Source of the DNA: a virus
Lineage: Duplodnaviria; Caudoviricetes
IMG/VR virus record: IMGVR_UViG_3300034095_001474
Location: 160,001 to 224,000 of that record
Direction: 5' to 3' (one strand)
Length of the DNA: 64,000 nucleotides
In this document: piece by piece, positions 36,361-47,692 of the stretch
How the letters are laid out: every line of letters begins with the position of its first letter
How positions within the stretch are numbered: the stretch's first letter is position 1
Made by a program: the position numbers and the translations under genes
The notes under the pieces: model-generated
Seen by the model: the letters and a program-made list of their open reading frames with translations, nothing else
The model's database searches: none
What the model was told of the DNA's origin: nothing

Positions 36361-37284
36361 TTAGATTGTTGTTATATTATTAAATGTTTTACTAAAATCA
36401 ATTATATTTCTTTGTTCTCTAATTTCAAATAATGGAGTACCAGTAAATTGGTCTTTGATTTCATATAAGTTGAATTGTTTGTAAATATCATTATTGAAGT
36501 TGTAAATTGTGTAAATACCATCTTCAAGACTTTTTGTTTGATTTCCAAACAACGCAAACGCCAATGTTTCAACATCGTGTTGTACCATTTCAACCTCTAT
36601 CATGATAGGATTAAAAAATGTATTTGTTATGATAACTTGTTGTCCTGGTTGACCTATAAATGGCAACGCATTTGGTTTAACATTTGAAGCAGAAGCTGGT
36701 GATACAGTACAAAAACTTAAACTAGAACTATCATTAAATCGATATCTAATTGCTTTTTGATTTGAATTCGTTAAATTTTGGTTAACTGGTTCTGCTCTGT
36801 TGTTTGACGTAATAACTCTAAAGAAATTATTAATCTTGGCATCAGTGGTTGATGAAGTAGTATTTAAGTATTCTATTCTATAACCAACCAACCCATCATT
36901 TTCAAATTTACCAGTAAAGTTTGCTGGTAAATTTGAAATATCAAATATTAAACCTTTTATATCAGAAAGAGCAGATAATACACCAACATCAACTATTCTA
37001 GTTCTAATTTCTACTGGTTTAATAATAATAGTATAAAACCCTTTTGCACTAAAAGTTGCAACTGGTAATTTTAATGTATACATACCACCAAAAACTTCAA
37101 AACCAGTTACATTTGATTGTCCTTTGTTAGGATTATCTATTTTCTGTAAAATAGAATTTGAATCTAATTTAATCAAACTAGCATTACCTACTTTATCTCT
37201 AGAAGGTGTATAATGGTAGAAAATTTCTACGTCATCTGGTGATATATCTGCTGGTCTAACAATACCGTATGTTCCCGTTGCCAT
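36361..37284 (-). CDS. Putative structural protein
   Basis: 307-aa ORF in the baseplate cluster. Confidence 0.7.
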   Translation of the reverse strand: MATGTYGIVRPADISPDDVEIFYHYTPSRDKVGNASLIKLDSNSILQKIDNPNKGQSNVTGFEVFGGMYTLKLPVATFSAKGFYTIIIKPVEIRTRIVDVGVLSALSDIKGLIFDISNLPANFTGKFENDGLVGYRIEYLNTTSSTTDAKINNFFRVITSNNRAEPVNQNLTNSNQKAIRYRFNDSSSLSFCTVSPASASNVKPNALPFIGQPGQQVIITNTFFNPIMIEVEMVQHDVETLAFALFGNQTKSLEDGIYTIYNFNNDIYKQFNLYEIKDQFTGTPLFEIREQRNIIDFSKTFNNITTI

Positions 37285-37373
37285 ATTTTAATTTATTTAT
37301 TTCTTTTTTTATCTCTTATAAAGATAATAACAAATGTTTAATAAGTAATCACTTGTTATTACATTCTTTCAAT

Positions 37374-38219
37374 TTATTGTTTATTTAACTTATAATACCC
37401 GTTTCCGTAGCTTTCAAGACCTTTAAGATTTTTTATTTCTGATAACCTTAAATGCATATCCATAACTGTAGTGATACCTCTATCTATAAATACATCGTTT
37501 TCAACTTCTGGTGGAGAAATTATACCAAATAAATATTCTTCTTTAGTTATTGCTGATAAAGATATGTTTGTTTTATTGAATCCCTCACCAATATATCTAA
37601 GTGTTGTTTTGGTTTTACCACTATATTCTTTAAATTGAAGACCACTGATTTGATTGTTTGTACCCAAATTAAAATCGTTAGGTGTGTCTAAAACATATAT
37701 CTTAGGTTCACCCATTGATTGTATTCTATCAACACCGTTAACTATTAACCCTTCATAATTTTCATAAGTTTCAGCGTTGACATCGAAATTAGTCCTAAAT
37801 GGATTTATTGCAGAATATGACCTAACATCTTCAAGTCTACTATCTGTAGTTGCAGTAATAACTATATCAACAAAATTGTAATAGTTATTTTCTGTGTTTG
37901 ATGGATATCTTAAAACATTCCAAAGATTTTGTGGTGTATTAACCGTGGTAAAACTAGGGTTTGTGGCACCAGTCATAAAAGGGAATTTTAAACCTAAATC
38001 TATCAATTTATCTTCTAAAATAGTATAATCTGGTTGAGTGATAGTTTTATCTTTAACAATATATTCCATGTCAGTAAACATACCCATATCATCAATATTT
38101 TGGGTTATTAAAATATTAATATAAAATGTTGTTGCAGTCAATGTACCCCATTTTATTGGGTTATTACTAGTTCTATCTATACTATTTTCTAATAATATTT
38201 TTCTTTTTATTACTTCCAT
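37374..38219 (-). CDS. Putative structural protein
   Basis: 281 aa; TAATG overlap. Confidence 0.7.
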   Translation of the reverse strand: MEVIKRKILLENSIDRTSNNPIKWGTLTATTFYINILITQNIDDMGMFTDMEYIVKDKTITQPDYTILEDKLIDLGLKFPFMTGATNPSFTTVNTPQNLWNVLRYPSNTENNYYNFVDIVITATTDSRLEDVRSYSAINPFRTNFDVNAETYENYEGLIVNGVDRIQSMGEPKIYVLDTPNDFNLGTNNQISGLQFKEYSGKTKTTLRYIGEGFNKTNISLSAITKEEYLFGIISPPEVENDVFIDRGITTVMDMHLRLSEIKNLKGLESYGNGYYKLNKQ

Positions 38220-39073
38220 TACGTTGCTTTTATTTCATACAATGTAACTTTACAAGTATTTGAATTGTAAACTACATTATTAACTCCAGAACCACCATTT
38301 CCTTGGTATGTATTGTCAATTTCATAATAAAAACCAGTTGAATTTCTCACTAGTTTAAATCTAGTATATAATTCATGTACCAATTTATCGATTGGTTGTG
38401 CTGCGTTTTTAACCATTAAATTAACAATTTTACCCGTTTTTGAATTTTTAAATAAGGCCTTCATATATAAATACTTTGAAGAACCAATTTTTAAATTACT
38501 TTTATAATCATATAAATGGTATCCTTCAGCAAAACCTCTAGGATTTAACAATGGGTTTTCAACAACAAAATTAACTGGTATTTGAACAGCTGGTTTTGGT
38601 GTCCCAGGTATTGTATTAGGTGGTAAAGGTGGTTGTAATAAATCTGAAGTATTTAATTCAGAATACAAAGTAGTAAATGTAACCAACCTTTGAGTTAAAG
38701 GGTTATCAGTATCATAAAAATTCAAATTTAAAAATGTTTGTTTAAATGATTCTTTTCTATATTTTATATCATCATCAACAAACCCAATATTACCATAAAA
38801 ACCTTTATAGTTACCAGTTGAATCCAAAAGATAAATGTCATAAGTTATTTTATCGATATGGTTACCTAATAAATCCAACGGTAAAAATCTAACTTTTTCA
38901 TAATCTAAAATTGGATTTATTGCATATTCAACTTCAGTATCAACAAAAACTCTTTGAATCAATTCTGCATTATCAACATTTTGAGATGTCATAACAATTG
39001 GAACGGTAATAGTTGTTGCAGTAACACCAGTACCAATTGTTGATAAGTTTATTTTATATTTATTAACAAACAT
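38219..39073 (-). CDS. Putative structural protein
   Basis: 284-aa ORF overlapping its neighbours. Confidence 0.7.
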   Translation of the reverse strand: MFVNKYKINLSTIGTGVTATTITVPIVMTSQNVDNAELIQRVFVDTEVEYAINPILDYEKVRFLPLDLLGNHIDKITYDIYLLDSTGNYKGFYGNIGFVDDDIKYRKESFKQTFLNLNFYDTDNPLTQRLVTFTTLYSELNTSDLLQPPLPPNTIPGTPKPAVQIPVNFVVENPLLNPRGFAEGYHLYDYKSNLKIGSSKYLYMKALFKNSKTGKIVNLMVKNAAQPIDKLVHELYTRFKLVRNSTGFYYEIDNTYQGNGGSGVNNVVYNSNTCKVTLYEIKAT

Positions 39074-40865
39074 CGTCTTCTGAATTAATTGTAAATTTAT
39101 CTGTTATTCTGTCTCCAGTTGGGTCTGCTGGAAAAGTACCGTAATACAAACCCCATACCCCAAATGGGTCTTGTCTTCTAACTGTAAAACAATAGTTATC
39201 GTACATATAATGAGCATTGTTTAAAAAAGGATAATCCAATACTTTAATGTCGCTCTCATTAAACCCTATATCCAATAAATCTCTCCAAACTATTCTAGTA
39301 TCACCTAAATCTGTTGCGTAACTAGGTATTCCTTCAGTAAATTGGTCACCAACTTCTATATATGATGAATATTGTCTTATTTTTATTAAATTATGTGGTT
39401 GATAAACATAACCTTCATGTCTTGGACCTAAATTTATTGTTTTAGTTTTAGGTGGTGTCAATGGTGCTGTTGGTTTACCTACTTCAGAAACATATGCCAA
39501 TGTAGTGTTTGCGTTTTCTCTACTAACAGTGTTGAATCTGTGAACAACGTCAGCCAATACTGTTTCATTTAATGAATTTATATCATATTCTACTAAATCA
39601 CCGTAAAATTCATTATTATTACTTACATTATTTATTTTTACATCATCTTCCAATGGTGTATGTGTTATAAATGGTGTACCAGTACCGTTGTGTATTCTAT
39701 GTATTGATGGGATATTTCTTAAATAAGTAATAGTGTTACTGTTAATCAATCTAGAATCATAAGGTGTTTCAATACCAGATGATACTTTTGAAAATAATTT
39801 ATCACTATCAGTTTTTATCATTGTTAAATATAATTGACTCAATGGTCTACCTAAGTTATCAACCAAATCACTTACATCAACATCTTCATTAAAAACAAAC
39901 TGAATAATAGAATCATTAAAGAAATTTTCACTAAACCCAACTCTATAAGCTTCATAATCATCGTTTTCAATAATTGGTGCTAATTTTGTTTTAATTTTTC
40001 TAAACTTTCTAAAATAATATTTACATTCAATATCATTAACAACTTTTTTAAATCTAGAATTAGGTGACAACACACCAGTTGATGGTTTATCAATTACAAA
40101 ATAATATTCTTTTAAATCACCATTATCCAACCCAGTTCTAACAACAATATGGTCACCATCGTATCCAGTTGTTCCAGAAAGTCTAACTACGTCACCTACA
40201 TTTAGATTATGTCTACATGAAAGACCAATCGCTGTCATACTTCTTGTTGAAACATCTGCTGGTACTCTATTTGTTATCATCACACCACCGTTGACCATAG
40301 TGTGTCCACTATCAACGCTAGCTGGATAAGTAATAGTTATCTCCCAATTTTTAACTGGTGTTGTTGTTGTTCCATATGGTTTAGGGTCTGGAAGTAAACT
40401 AAAACGTTCTCTTTTAGGTTCCATATCCATATAATTACATAAACCAGATTTTGTTATGTCTGGGTCATAAACTCCAAACCAACCATCTTTTTCTTTTAGA
40501 TTAGTTTTAATAGAAGTAGAAAAATTCAAATCTGTTTCATCATTAAGTCCATCTTTAGGGTATGATGTGTCTAAAAATTCAAGTGAATTTAACCAACTCC
40601 ATGTATATTTGTTAGACTTGATTGGTTCAGCTAAATTAAATAATGGATTAGACATAGTTGAATTTACCGTACCAATAATACGATAAGATTTACATCTTTG
40701 TCTTTCAACATTGAATCGTTCAGCAACGTTAACAATCTTATTAATATCATTTGTTGGTAATAATCTTTGACTATTCTCAATATTGATTTTTAAATAAGTA
40801 TCGTTGTTAACATTCTTAGCTGACAACTCTTTGTTTAATATTTGTTTAGTTCTTTCAGTATTCAT
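39063..40865 (-). CDS. Putative structural protein
   Basis: 600-aa ORF. Confidence 0.7.
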   Translation of the reverse strand: MNTERTKQILNKELSAKNVNNDTYLKINIENSQRLLPTNDINKIVNVAERFNVERQRCKSYRIIGTVNSTMSNPLFNLAEPIKSNKYTWSWLNSLEFLDTSYPKDGLNDETDLNFSTSIKTNLKEKDGWFGVYDPDITKSGLCNYMDMEPKRERFSLLPDPKPYGTTTTPVKNWEITITYPASVDSGHTMVNGGVMITNRVPADVSTRSMTAIGLSCRHNLNVGDVVRLSGTTGYDGDHIVVRTGLDNGDLKEYYFVIDKPSTGVLSPNSRFKKVVNDIECKYYFRKFRKIKTKLAPIIENDDYEAYRVGFSENFFNDSIIQFVFNEDVDVSDLVDNLGRPLSQLYLTMIKTDSDKLFSKVSSGIETPYDSRLINSNTITYLRNIPSIHRIHNGTGTPFITHTPLEDDVKINNVSNNNEFYGDLVEYDINSLNETVLADVVHRFNTVSRENANTTLAYVSEVGKPTAPLTPPKTKTINLGPRHEGYVYQPHNLIKIRQYSSYIEVGDQFTEGIPSYATDLGDTRIVWRDLLDIGFNESDIKVLDYPFLNNAHYMYDNYCFTVRRQDPFGVWGLYYGTFPADPTGDRITDKFTINSEDDVC

Positions 40866-40867
40866 TT

Positions 40868-43800
40868 TTATGTCGATTTAATTACAGTACATCCTACACT
40901 ATCTGTTATTGTTGCTACTAAAGCTGGACTAGGTTTAACCGAACAGAAAGTAGGTCTCGCACCATTTGCTATAATAGCACTAGCTATAGGTGCAACATAA
41001 GAAGTATTAATTACATTTAAAGGTCGTGTAGAAGTTTTAACACCAATACCACCAGTTGATGTAAATTTATATTGACAAGTTAAAGGTAATGGTACCAATG
41101 TATTTGTTCTAACAACTTGTCCAGCCAATGCTGAAGTAGGCGTTATTATTGTTGGTAACGTACCAGTTGAAGTACAACCTTTATTGTCAGTTATAGTATA
41201 TGTTATAACAGCTGAACTAGAAGGTGGTTTAACAGCGTTAATAACTTGTTGATTAGCAGTTATTATTACTGTTTGTTGTGGTCCACCATTAACACTATAT
41301 TTGAAAGTATACGGTGCACGTTCAGAATACGTTGGTGCAATTTGCCAATGAGAAACATTAAATTTAAACGTAACAACATTAGGGTTACATTGTTTCGCAT
41401 TGTTAATTCCAGTAAAGTTTATACTTAATGCTGTATTTGGTAATCTAATAGCTGGTTCACTCATAACTAATTCATTACTAAAACATAAACCATCAACAGA
41501 TATAAAACTTAATTTTAAATTTTTATTAGCTTGTAAAGTATTAGGGATAGTAGCGTATACGTATGTTGAACCGTTAATATAATTTGTTGTTGATAACAGA
41601 CTAGTATATATTGGTGTACCAGAAGTATCTGTTGCATCATTAACTCTATATCTAACATTTATTTTCAATGGTGCAGTAGAACCAGCTGGAATTGGTGCAC
41701 CAGTTTGTACCAAGAATGGTATACTATAACTAGTAGAACTACATTGTTTAGCTAAATCAGAAGCAGAAGCTAAAGTGGCAATCATCTGTTGATTTTTACT
41801 ACCAATTGTAAAGTTGAACGAAGCTGATGTTCCGTAAGCATCAACAACAGTAACTGAATAATCACCTCTTAATAAACCAGTACTAATTAAGTTTCCATTA
41901 CTATAACTAGCTGGTCCAGTAACAGTAGTTATATATGGTGGTTTACCACCAACAATTTTTAATGTATATTTACCATCTGAACTACTCCAACATGTTGTTG
42001 GAGTTGATGAATCTAGTGTAACAACAACTGGTGTTGGTCCATCAATTTTTAAATCTTGAACACTAACAGATGTAACACCATCACTCATTACCAATTTATA
42101 TCCATATGCTGGAGTCGTAGCACCATTTGAACCAATATCTGCTGGTAAACTACCTATAACTGTCGGTATCGATGTGATGTTTGTTGTGTTTATAACAACA
42201 GTTCCATCACTTTTATATAATTTATATGTCCAAACACCAGAACCACCTCCAATACTAGAAATTGTTATTTCACCATCAACTGCTGATGCAGAGGTACACA
42301 TTTTTGTTACACTAGCACTACCATAAAAAGGTGGTGGTCCATCAACATTAACTGTTTGAGTTACGTTGTTACCGTTGGCATCCACAACTTCAATACTGTA
42401 TTGACCTTGTGGTCCACTAATTGTTTTTGGTATTGGTTGTCCAGTCGATGGGTCCATTACTAAAGTACCAGTAGAAACACCATTAGGTCCACTTATAGTG
42501 TAGGTAAATGGTGCTGTTCCAGAAATAACAGTAAATGTTATAGAACCATTATTTGTACTTGATGAAGGTATTGAACTAGCAACTACATTAAATTCTTTTT
42601 CAGCTACTGGAATACATTTAGTAAAAAATCTTTTGTTTAATTTATCTAAACTACTTTTTCCTGGCATTATACCAAAATAAAAGAAATATGATTGTTTAGG
42701 TTGACCGTAATTATTATCACTTCCAGATTGAAAACCTCTAAATTTAATATAATCATTACCGTTTTGGTTTGAACCTACACTAGCAAAAGGATATGTTGCT
42801 TGATTTTTTATGTTGAAGTCAGTAGTAAATGTACCACCATGATTAAATGACGTAACACTATTAGGTAAATCTTTATTCAAATCATATATAACGTCTCTGA
42901 ACCATTTACCATTATTTTCATCTATATCATTTTTACCTAAAATACCATCTGGTAGTATTGGTGTACCAGCTGAATTATAATCTAATTCATCTAAATCAAC
43001 ACCCATTTCACATAAGTGTCTAATATTTAATACTTGTCTAGAATCTGAATGTATACCAACACAGTCTACTTCAAAAAATAAACCTTTTATATTTCCATCT
43101 AATCCACATTGTCCAGTAGTTTCAGTAGTTCCAGCATCAGTTAATTCTTGTATATCTGGTGGTAATTTATATGATGAAGGTATCAATAAAGATTGTATCT
43201 TTGGAATACCTTGCCAATCACAATCAAAGACCGAACCTAAACAAATTACATCAGTAGCAAATAATTTAAATGATACATCATGTTTTGTTGCAGCATAATA
43301 AAATTCTTCACCTACTTTTTTACCATCTACATAAGTATCAATTTTTTTAATAAGACCTTCTCTTAATGAAACTTCACGATGTGTTTTTTGTGAATCTGGA
43401 CCTCCTGGATAACACAAATCAACCAAATAATTGGTATGGCAGTCATTATCACCAACACCATTTTTATTACCATCAACACCACCTTGACTAAAAAATTCTG
43501 AGTTACAATCGTACTCACAAAATCTTTCTCTACCTCTTTTTTTCTTTTTATATTTTAATAAGAAACCAAATAAAGTACCAGTTACCCAATCATTATAAAA
43601 ATCAAATTGGAATAAATTCATGTTTTTAGCCATTTCAAAAGCTAAACAATTATCCAACCCAGCTAAATCACCAAATTTTTCTGGGTGACCAAAATTATCA
43701 CCAGGATAATAAGCTGGTGCGTTATTTGCAGCATCTAATGCTTTCCAACCTTCTGAATCTTTTTTACATCCAGGTGCAAAATATGTTCCGCTATCGTTAG

Positions 43801-45436
43801 GACATTCTGTATATAAACACTTAATATATTCAACATCTTGTAATGATGCCGCAGTAGCACATGCACCACCAAAAGAACCAAAAGGTTTAAAACCTAATAC
43901 TTCCCATGTAGATAAAGTACAAAGAGTTTCGAACAAACCCCTAATAGCACCAATTACAACATTAACAATTTTAATAAGAACATTTATTATTGGTATTATA
44001 ATTGCGTTCATAATGTATATTAAAAAACCCATAATTTTTATCATTATACACATAATAAAAAATATAGCTGAAATTTCAGTATTTACTTTATTAAATGGAA
44101 ATGGGTTTTTATCACCTGGACAATTATCTACATTTTTAACTCCAGTTGCAGCTCTTTTAGTTGCTGGTACTAAGTTGGTTTGAAAACGTGGTATGAAATT
44201 ACTAATAGTATATATCTTATTCCAATATAAACTTCTAAAACTAGTTTTTTTTGTAGTTTCATCAAATTTATAATCTATCTCATTTGAATTACTTGGGTTA
44301 TTTGGAACTAGATATTTTGCTCTGGTTCTAAGTCTACCTTCACCACCAGTATTTTCCATACCAATTTTAAATCTAACGCTAGCTCTTGTTGGTATACCTT
44401 TGTTTGGGTTATCAGAAGGTATCAAATTACCGTTCTCATCAGTCACAACATAATCCAAGTTCATTGGCACTTGATAAGCCCAAGTTCCATCAACATCAAC
44501 CAATTGACCACCATTAACATCAAATGACTCAACACCACCATCTATTGTTTCTCTAATCATTTCAACGGTACCTTCACCAGCAACTTGTGAACATAATTCA
44601 CCTAATTCTTTTCTTGGTCTACATGTTTTGTTAATACTATTTTTATCTTGGTCACCAAATATACTACCCAAAAACATAGCAGAAGGTGTGACATTGTAAT
44701 TCATGTCAATATCAGCTCTACTAATACCTATTTCACATGTTTCTACTTCACCCCAGAAAGGTTGTACGTTAACAGAATAATTAGTTGATTTAACTTGATA
44801 TAATTTATCTAAATTAGTACCACCTTTAAATTTGGTAGGACTATCAAAATTTTTATCAGATATACCTTGACTGATTAAATCGTAAGGTCTTTGTGATACA
44901 ATACCTATATCTGAAATATCAGCATCAATATGAATATTATAAGTACCTAGTGGTACACCAAATATCATATAATCACCAGCACTATTTGTTGTGGTTGTGA
45001 ATTTAAAATATTTACAATAAACATGAAGCAATTCTTCATTATCTAATATTTCTCGTTTGTTTGGGAAAGTACCAATTGGTGTAAAACATTCATTATTTGT
45101 TTCACTAGATTTAGGTAAAAGATTATATCTAATACCATCACTATCTTTGTCAGTAATAATACTATAAGGGTACAAACCTCTAATTACAGAATCTTTGCTA
45201 TCTTCATCGTCAATAGGTAAAAAAACACTAACTCTGGCATTTGGTAACCCAAACCCACTATTTATTATAACCCTTCCTACTATTACACCATAATCTGAAC
45301 AAAAATTTCTATAAGCTTCTTCTTGTGTTATTTTCATTGAAAGAACTTCAATGAAATCAAACTCTTGGTCTATTTTAACTTTAAGATAATTATCTGAACC
45401 ATTTGGCGTTGTTCTTATTCTTATTGTTTCTGACAT
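40868..45436 (-). CDS. Large tail-cluster protein: carboxypeptidase-regulatory-like N-domain, hydrophobic segment, SprB-like repeats
   Basis: YGVIVGRV...GLPNARVSVF; hydrophobic AIFFIMCIMIKIMGFLIYIMNAIIIPII; repeats such as CWSSSDGKYTLKIVGGKPPY...GDYSVTVVDAYG. Confidence 0.6.
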   Translation of the reverse strand: MSETIRIRTTPNGSDNYLKVKIDQEFDFIEVLSMKITQEEAYRNFCSDYGVIVGRVIINSGFGLPNARVSVFLPIDDEDSKDSVIRGLYPYSIITDKDSDGIRYNLLPKSSETNNECFTPIGTFPNKREILDNEELLHVYCKYFKFTTTTNSAGDYMIFGVPLGTYNIHIDADISDIGIVSQRPYDLISQGISDKNFDSPTKFKGGTNLDKLYQVKSTNYSVNVQPFWGEVETCEIGISRADIDMNYNVTPSAMFLGSIFGDQDKNSINKTCRPRKELGELCSQVAGEGTVEMIRETIDGGVESFDVNGGQLVDVDGTWAYQVPMNLDYVVTDENGNLIPSDNPNKGIPTRASVRFKIGMENTGGEGRLRTRAKYLVPNNPSNSNEIDYKFDETTKKTSFRSLYWNKIYTISNFIPRFQTNLVPATKRAATGVKNVDNCPGDKNPFPFNKVNTEISAIFFIMCIMIKIMGFLIYIMNAIIIPIINVLIKIVNVVIGAIRGLFETLCTLSTWEVLGFKPFGSFGGACATAASLQDVEYIKCLYTECPNDSGTYFAPGCKKDSEGWKALDAANNAPAYYPGDNFGHPEKFGDLAGLDNCLAFEMAKNMNLFQFDFYNDWVTGTLFGFLLKYKKKKRGRERFCEYDCNSEFFSQGGVDGNKNGVGDNDCHTNYLVDLCYPGGPDSQKTHREVSLREGLIKKIDTYVDGKKVGEEFYYAATKHDVSFKLFATDVICLGSVFDCDWQGIPKIQSLLIPSSYKLPPDIQELTDAGTTETTGQCGLDGNIKGLFFEVDCVGIHSDSRQVLNIRHLCEMGVDLDELDYNSAGTPILPDGILGKNDIDENNGKWFRDVIYDLNKDLPNSVTSFNHGGTFTTDFNIKNQATYPFASVGSNQNGNDYIKFRGFQSGSDNNYGQPKQSYFFYFGIMPGKSSLDKLNKRFFTKCIPVAEKEFNVVASSIPSSSTNNGSITFTVISGTAPFTYTISGPNGVSTGTLVMDPSTGQPIPKTISGPQGQYSIEVVDANGNNVTQTVNVDGPPPFYGSASVTKMCTSASAVDGEITISSIGGGSGVWTYKLYKSDGTVVINTTNITSIPTVIGSLPADIGSNGATTPAYGYKLVMSDGVTSVSVQDLKIDGPTPVVVTLDSSTPTTCWSSSDGKYTLKIVGGKPPYITTVTGPASYSNGNLISTGLLRGDYSVTVVDAYGTSASFNFTIGSKNQQMIATLASASDLAKQCSSTSYSIPFLVQTGAPIPAGSTAPLKINVRYRVNDATDTSGTPIYTSLLSTTNYINGSTYVYATIPNTLQANKNLKLSFISVDGLCFSNELVMSEPAIRLPNTALSINFTGINNAKQCNPNVVTFKFNVSHWQIAPTYSERAPYTFKYSVNGGPQQTVIITANQQVINAVKPPSSSAVITYTITDNKGCTSTGTLPTIITPTSALAGQVVRTNTLVPLPLTCQYKFTSTGGIGVKTSTRPLNVINTSYVAPIASAIIANGARPTFCSVKPSPALVATITDSVGCTVIKST

Positions 45437-45444
45437 ATTTATTT

Positions 45445-45807
45445 TTAATATTTATCTGTTATATCCTCAACGTCTACCATAACAACATCATCTTCAGTTA
45501 AATCATCAAAATCATCATCGTCATCATCATCGTCATCATAGTCGTCATCATCGTCATCATTTTTCTTACCTACAAATTTACTTATTAGATTAACAATATT
45601 AACGTCTTTTGTTAATACTATAGTATTAAACATGAACCATATAATCACTATATTTATTAATGGTAATAATAAAATACCAACTAAAAAACCTAACACTTTA
45701 AAAGTATAATGTAAAAATACTTTTGCTTTTTCTTTATTTGTTAATTTAAAAAATTCATTTTTTTCTGGTACTTCAAAACCACTTTTTGTTTTACAATTAC
45801 AACTCAT
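45445..45807 (-). CDS. Small membrane protein with a poly-Asp tract
   Basis: MSCNC N-terminus, TM segment, DDDDDDYDDDDDDDDDF. Confidence 0.7.
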   Translation of the reverse strand: MSCNCKTKSGFEVPEKNEFFKLTNKEKAKVFLHYTFKVLGFLVGILLLPLINIVIIWFMFNTIVLTKDVNIVNLISKFVGKKNDDDDDDYDDDDDDDDDFDDLTEDDVVMVDVEDITDKY

Positions 45808-45871
45808 CTCTTTTTTTTATATACATTTGTTATTTTAACAAATATAATGTTTATTTATGAATAAATAAACG

Positions 45872-47689
45872 TTATTGTCTTGCTCTAACAAGAATATCTT
45901 TTGTTGGGATTTTAATCTCAAACATTGTTGTTGGTTCACCAAATAAAGTCATATCAGAAACATCTATTTGTCTAGTTGCACGGTCAATATAAGCTTGAGA
46001 AATTTCGTTTAAACTATATAAACCGCCACCACCAACTTTATTATAAAATCTAATATCTATAATATTTAAAACACCACCGATATTGTTTATACTTTCAATA
46101 AGTGGTGATATATAAATATTTTCACCCATATCAAATTTATTTACATCAAAGTATTTTTTAACTTCGTTGATAACTTCGGTTATTACTTGTCCTTGTGAAA
46201 CTTTTTTATCAATAAATAAATCTATTTCTAATGATAGGTTAATTATCCTACCATCGGCAATTTGAACATAATCATTTAACATTCTATAATCAGACAAATA
46301 ATTAGCCATATTTTCTTTTAAAGTTGTTGTTGATTGATTGGTCAATTTACCATTGGCATCTAAACTTAAAACATAAAATTTTATTTTGTTTTGTTCTTCA
46401 AAAACACCATTTCTAAATGGTGCACCAAATTTACCAGGAATCTGAGCAACTTTTGTTTGATAATCTTTTAATGTTACAGCTCTATTTTGTGATGCAAAGT
46501 TATATCTAACCATATTTCTAATTTCTTCAATACTAGGTATGTTTTTACCACCTATAGCTGGAAATAAATTATTAACTTTTAAAGATTTCTTAACATTTTG
46601 ATTAATTGTTGCATCTGAACCATTAACACTCATATCTATAATACCTACACCCTTTAGAATATTTGGACCTAAATTTGAATCAGCACCACCACCTACTCTA
46701 TACTTTATATACATAGTTGTATTAGGAGTTGGTACGATACCTAATGATAAGTTATTTATAAAATTACCAATTTGTTTAACCAATGCTGGATTACTGTCAA
46801 AATCACAAAGACTATTAATGTCTTGTGTTCCAGCACCAAAAGTTATTTTTGTAAACCCTAAATCAGTGTATTCTCTTATAAATCTTCTAGAAATACTTAT
46901 CCATTTTCCTGGTCTTATACCAGAATTATCACTAACACGTGTATTATCTTCAATAAAAACTTTATCTTCAGCCAATGCATCAACTTCAAACCATCTATTA
47001 TTTAAATTTAAAAAATCACTAAATGTTGGTGCTGTTGCATAATTTGTACCTGGAAGTGTGATTATTGATTCAATACTTAATACATTATCATCTGGTAATA
47101 TAACCTCTAAAAATGGTCTAGAATCACTAGTATTTATAACTCTTTTTAAAATTTTACTAAACCCATTTGTTACAATCTCCCTTTTTGTGATAGTATAATT
47201 AATCAAAGTACCGTTGGCACTAAAATTAGGTATAATTAAACGATTTGGAATACCACTAACTGTAAATGGACTAGAAAAATCAACATCACTTGTTAATTCA
47301 AATATTTTACCAGCACCAGACACTTGTGAACCAGCTCTAACAACTGGAGCATATGATATATCAAATGTATCTCCGAAAACTGGAAGAGTCACACTCAAAT
47401 CTACAATGGTTGCACTTGCTCTTCTTCCTGGAATTTTTAAACCAAAAGTTCTAGCTATAGAAAGTATTGATTTTCTTTCTTGTGCATAATCAATTTGAGT
47501 CTCAGCAAACATTCTATCAGTATTGTGTGATAACATATCCCCAACAGCCGCATTTAACTCCATAAGCATCTGACCTACAGATGCATCATTATAGTCAACA
47601 AAAATATCTGGATAATATTGTTTAACATAATTAATTAAATCAGTTCTTATGTTTGCGAAATCTCTTGATGTATAATTTACATTTGCCAT
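45872..47689 (-). CDS. Baseplate wedge protein (gpJ/T4 gp6-like)
   Basis: YTSRDFANIR, YRVGGGADSN, QNRAVTLKDY. Confidence 0.85.
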   Translation of the reverse strand: MANVNYTSRDFANIRTDLINYVKQYYPDIFVDYNDASVGQMLMELNAAVGDMLSHNTDRMFAETQIDYAQERKSILSIARTFGLKIPGRRASATIVDLSVTLPVFGDTFDISYAPVVRAGSQVSGAGKIFELTSDVDFSSPFTVSGIPNRLIIPNFSANGTLINYTITKREIVTNGFSKILKRVINTSDSRPFLEVILPDDNVLSIESIITLPGTNYATAPTFSDFLNLNNRWFEVDALAEDKVFIEDNTRVSDNSGIRPGKWISISRRFIREYTDLGFTKITFGAGTQDINSLCDFDSNPALVKQIGNFINNLSLGIVPTPNTTMYIKYRVGGGADSNLGPNILKGVGIIDMSVNGSDATINQNVKKSLKVNNLFPAIGGKNIPSIEEIRNMVRYNFASQNRAVTLKDYQTKVAQIPGKFGAPFRNGVFEEQNKIKFYVLSLDANGKLTNQSTTTLKENMANYLSDYRMLNDYVQIADGRIINLSLEIDLFIDKKVSQGQVITEVINEVKKYFDVNKFDMGENIYISPLIESINNIGGVLNIIDIRFYNKVGGGGLYSLNEISQAYIDRATRQIDVSDMTLFGEPTTMFEIKIPTKDILVRARQ

Positions 47690-47692
47690 ATT

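Noticed and set aside
23752-45436. Diversity-generating retroelement or invertible tail-fibre cassette
   Set aside because: No reverse transcriptase, invertase, template/variable repeat pair or flanking inverted repeats seen
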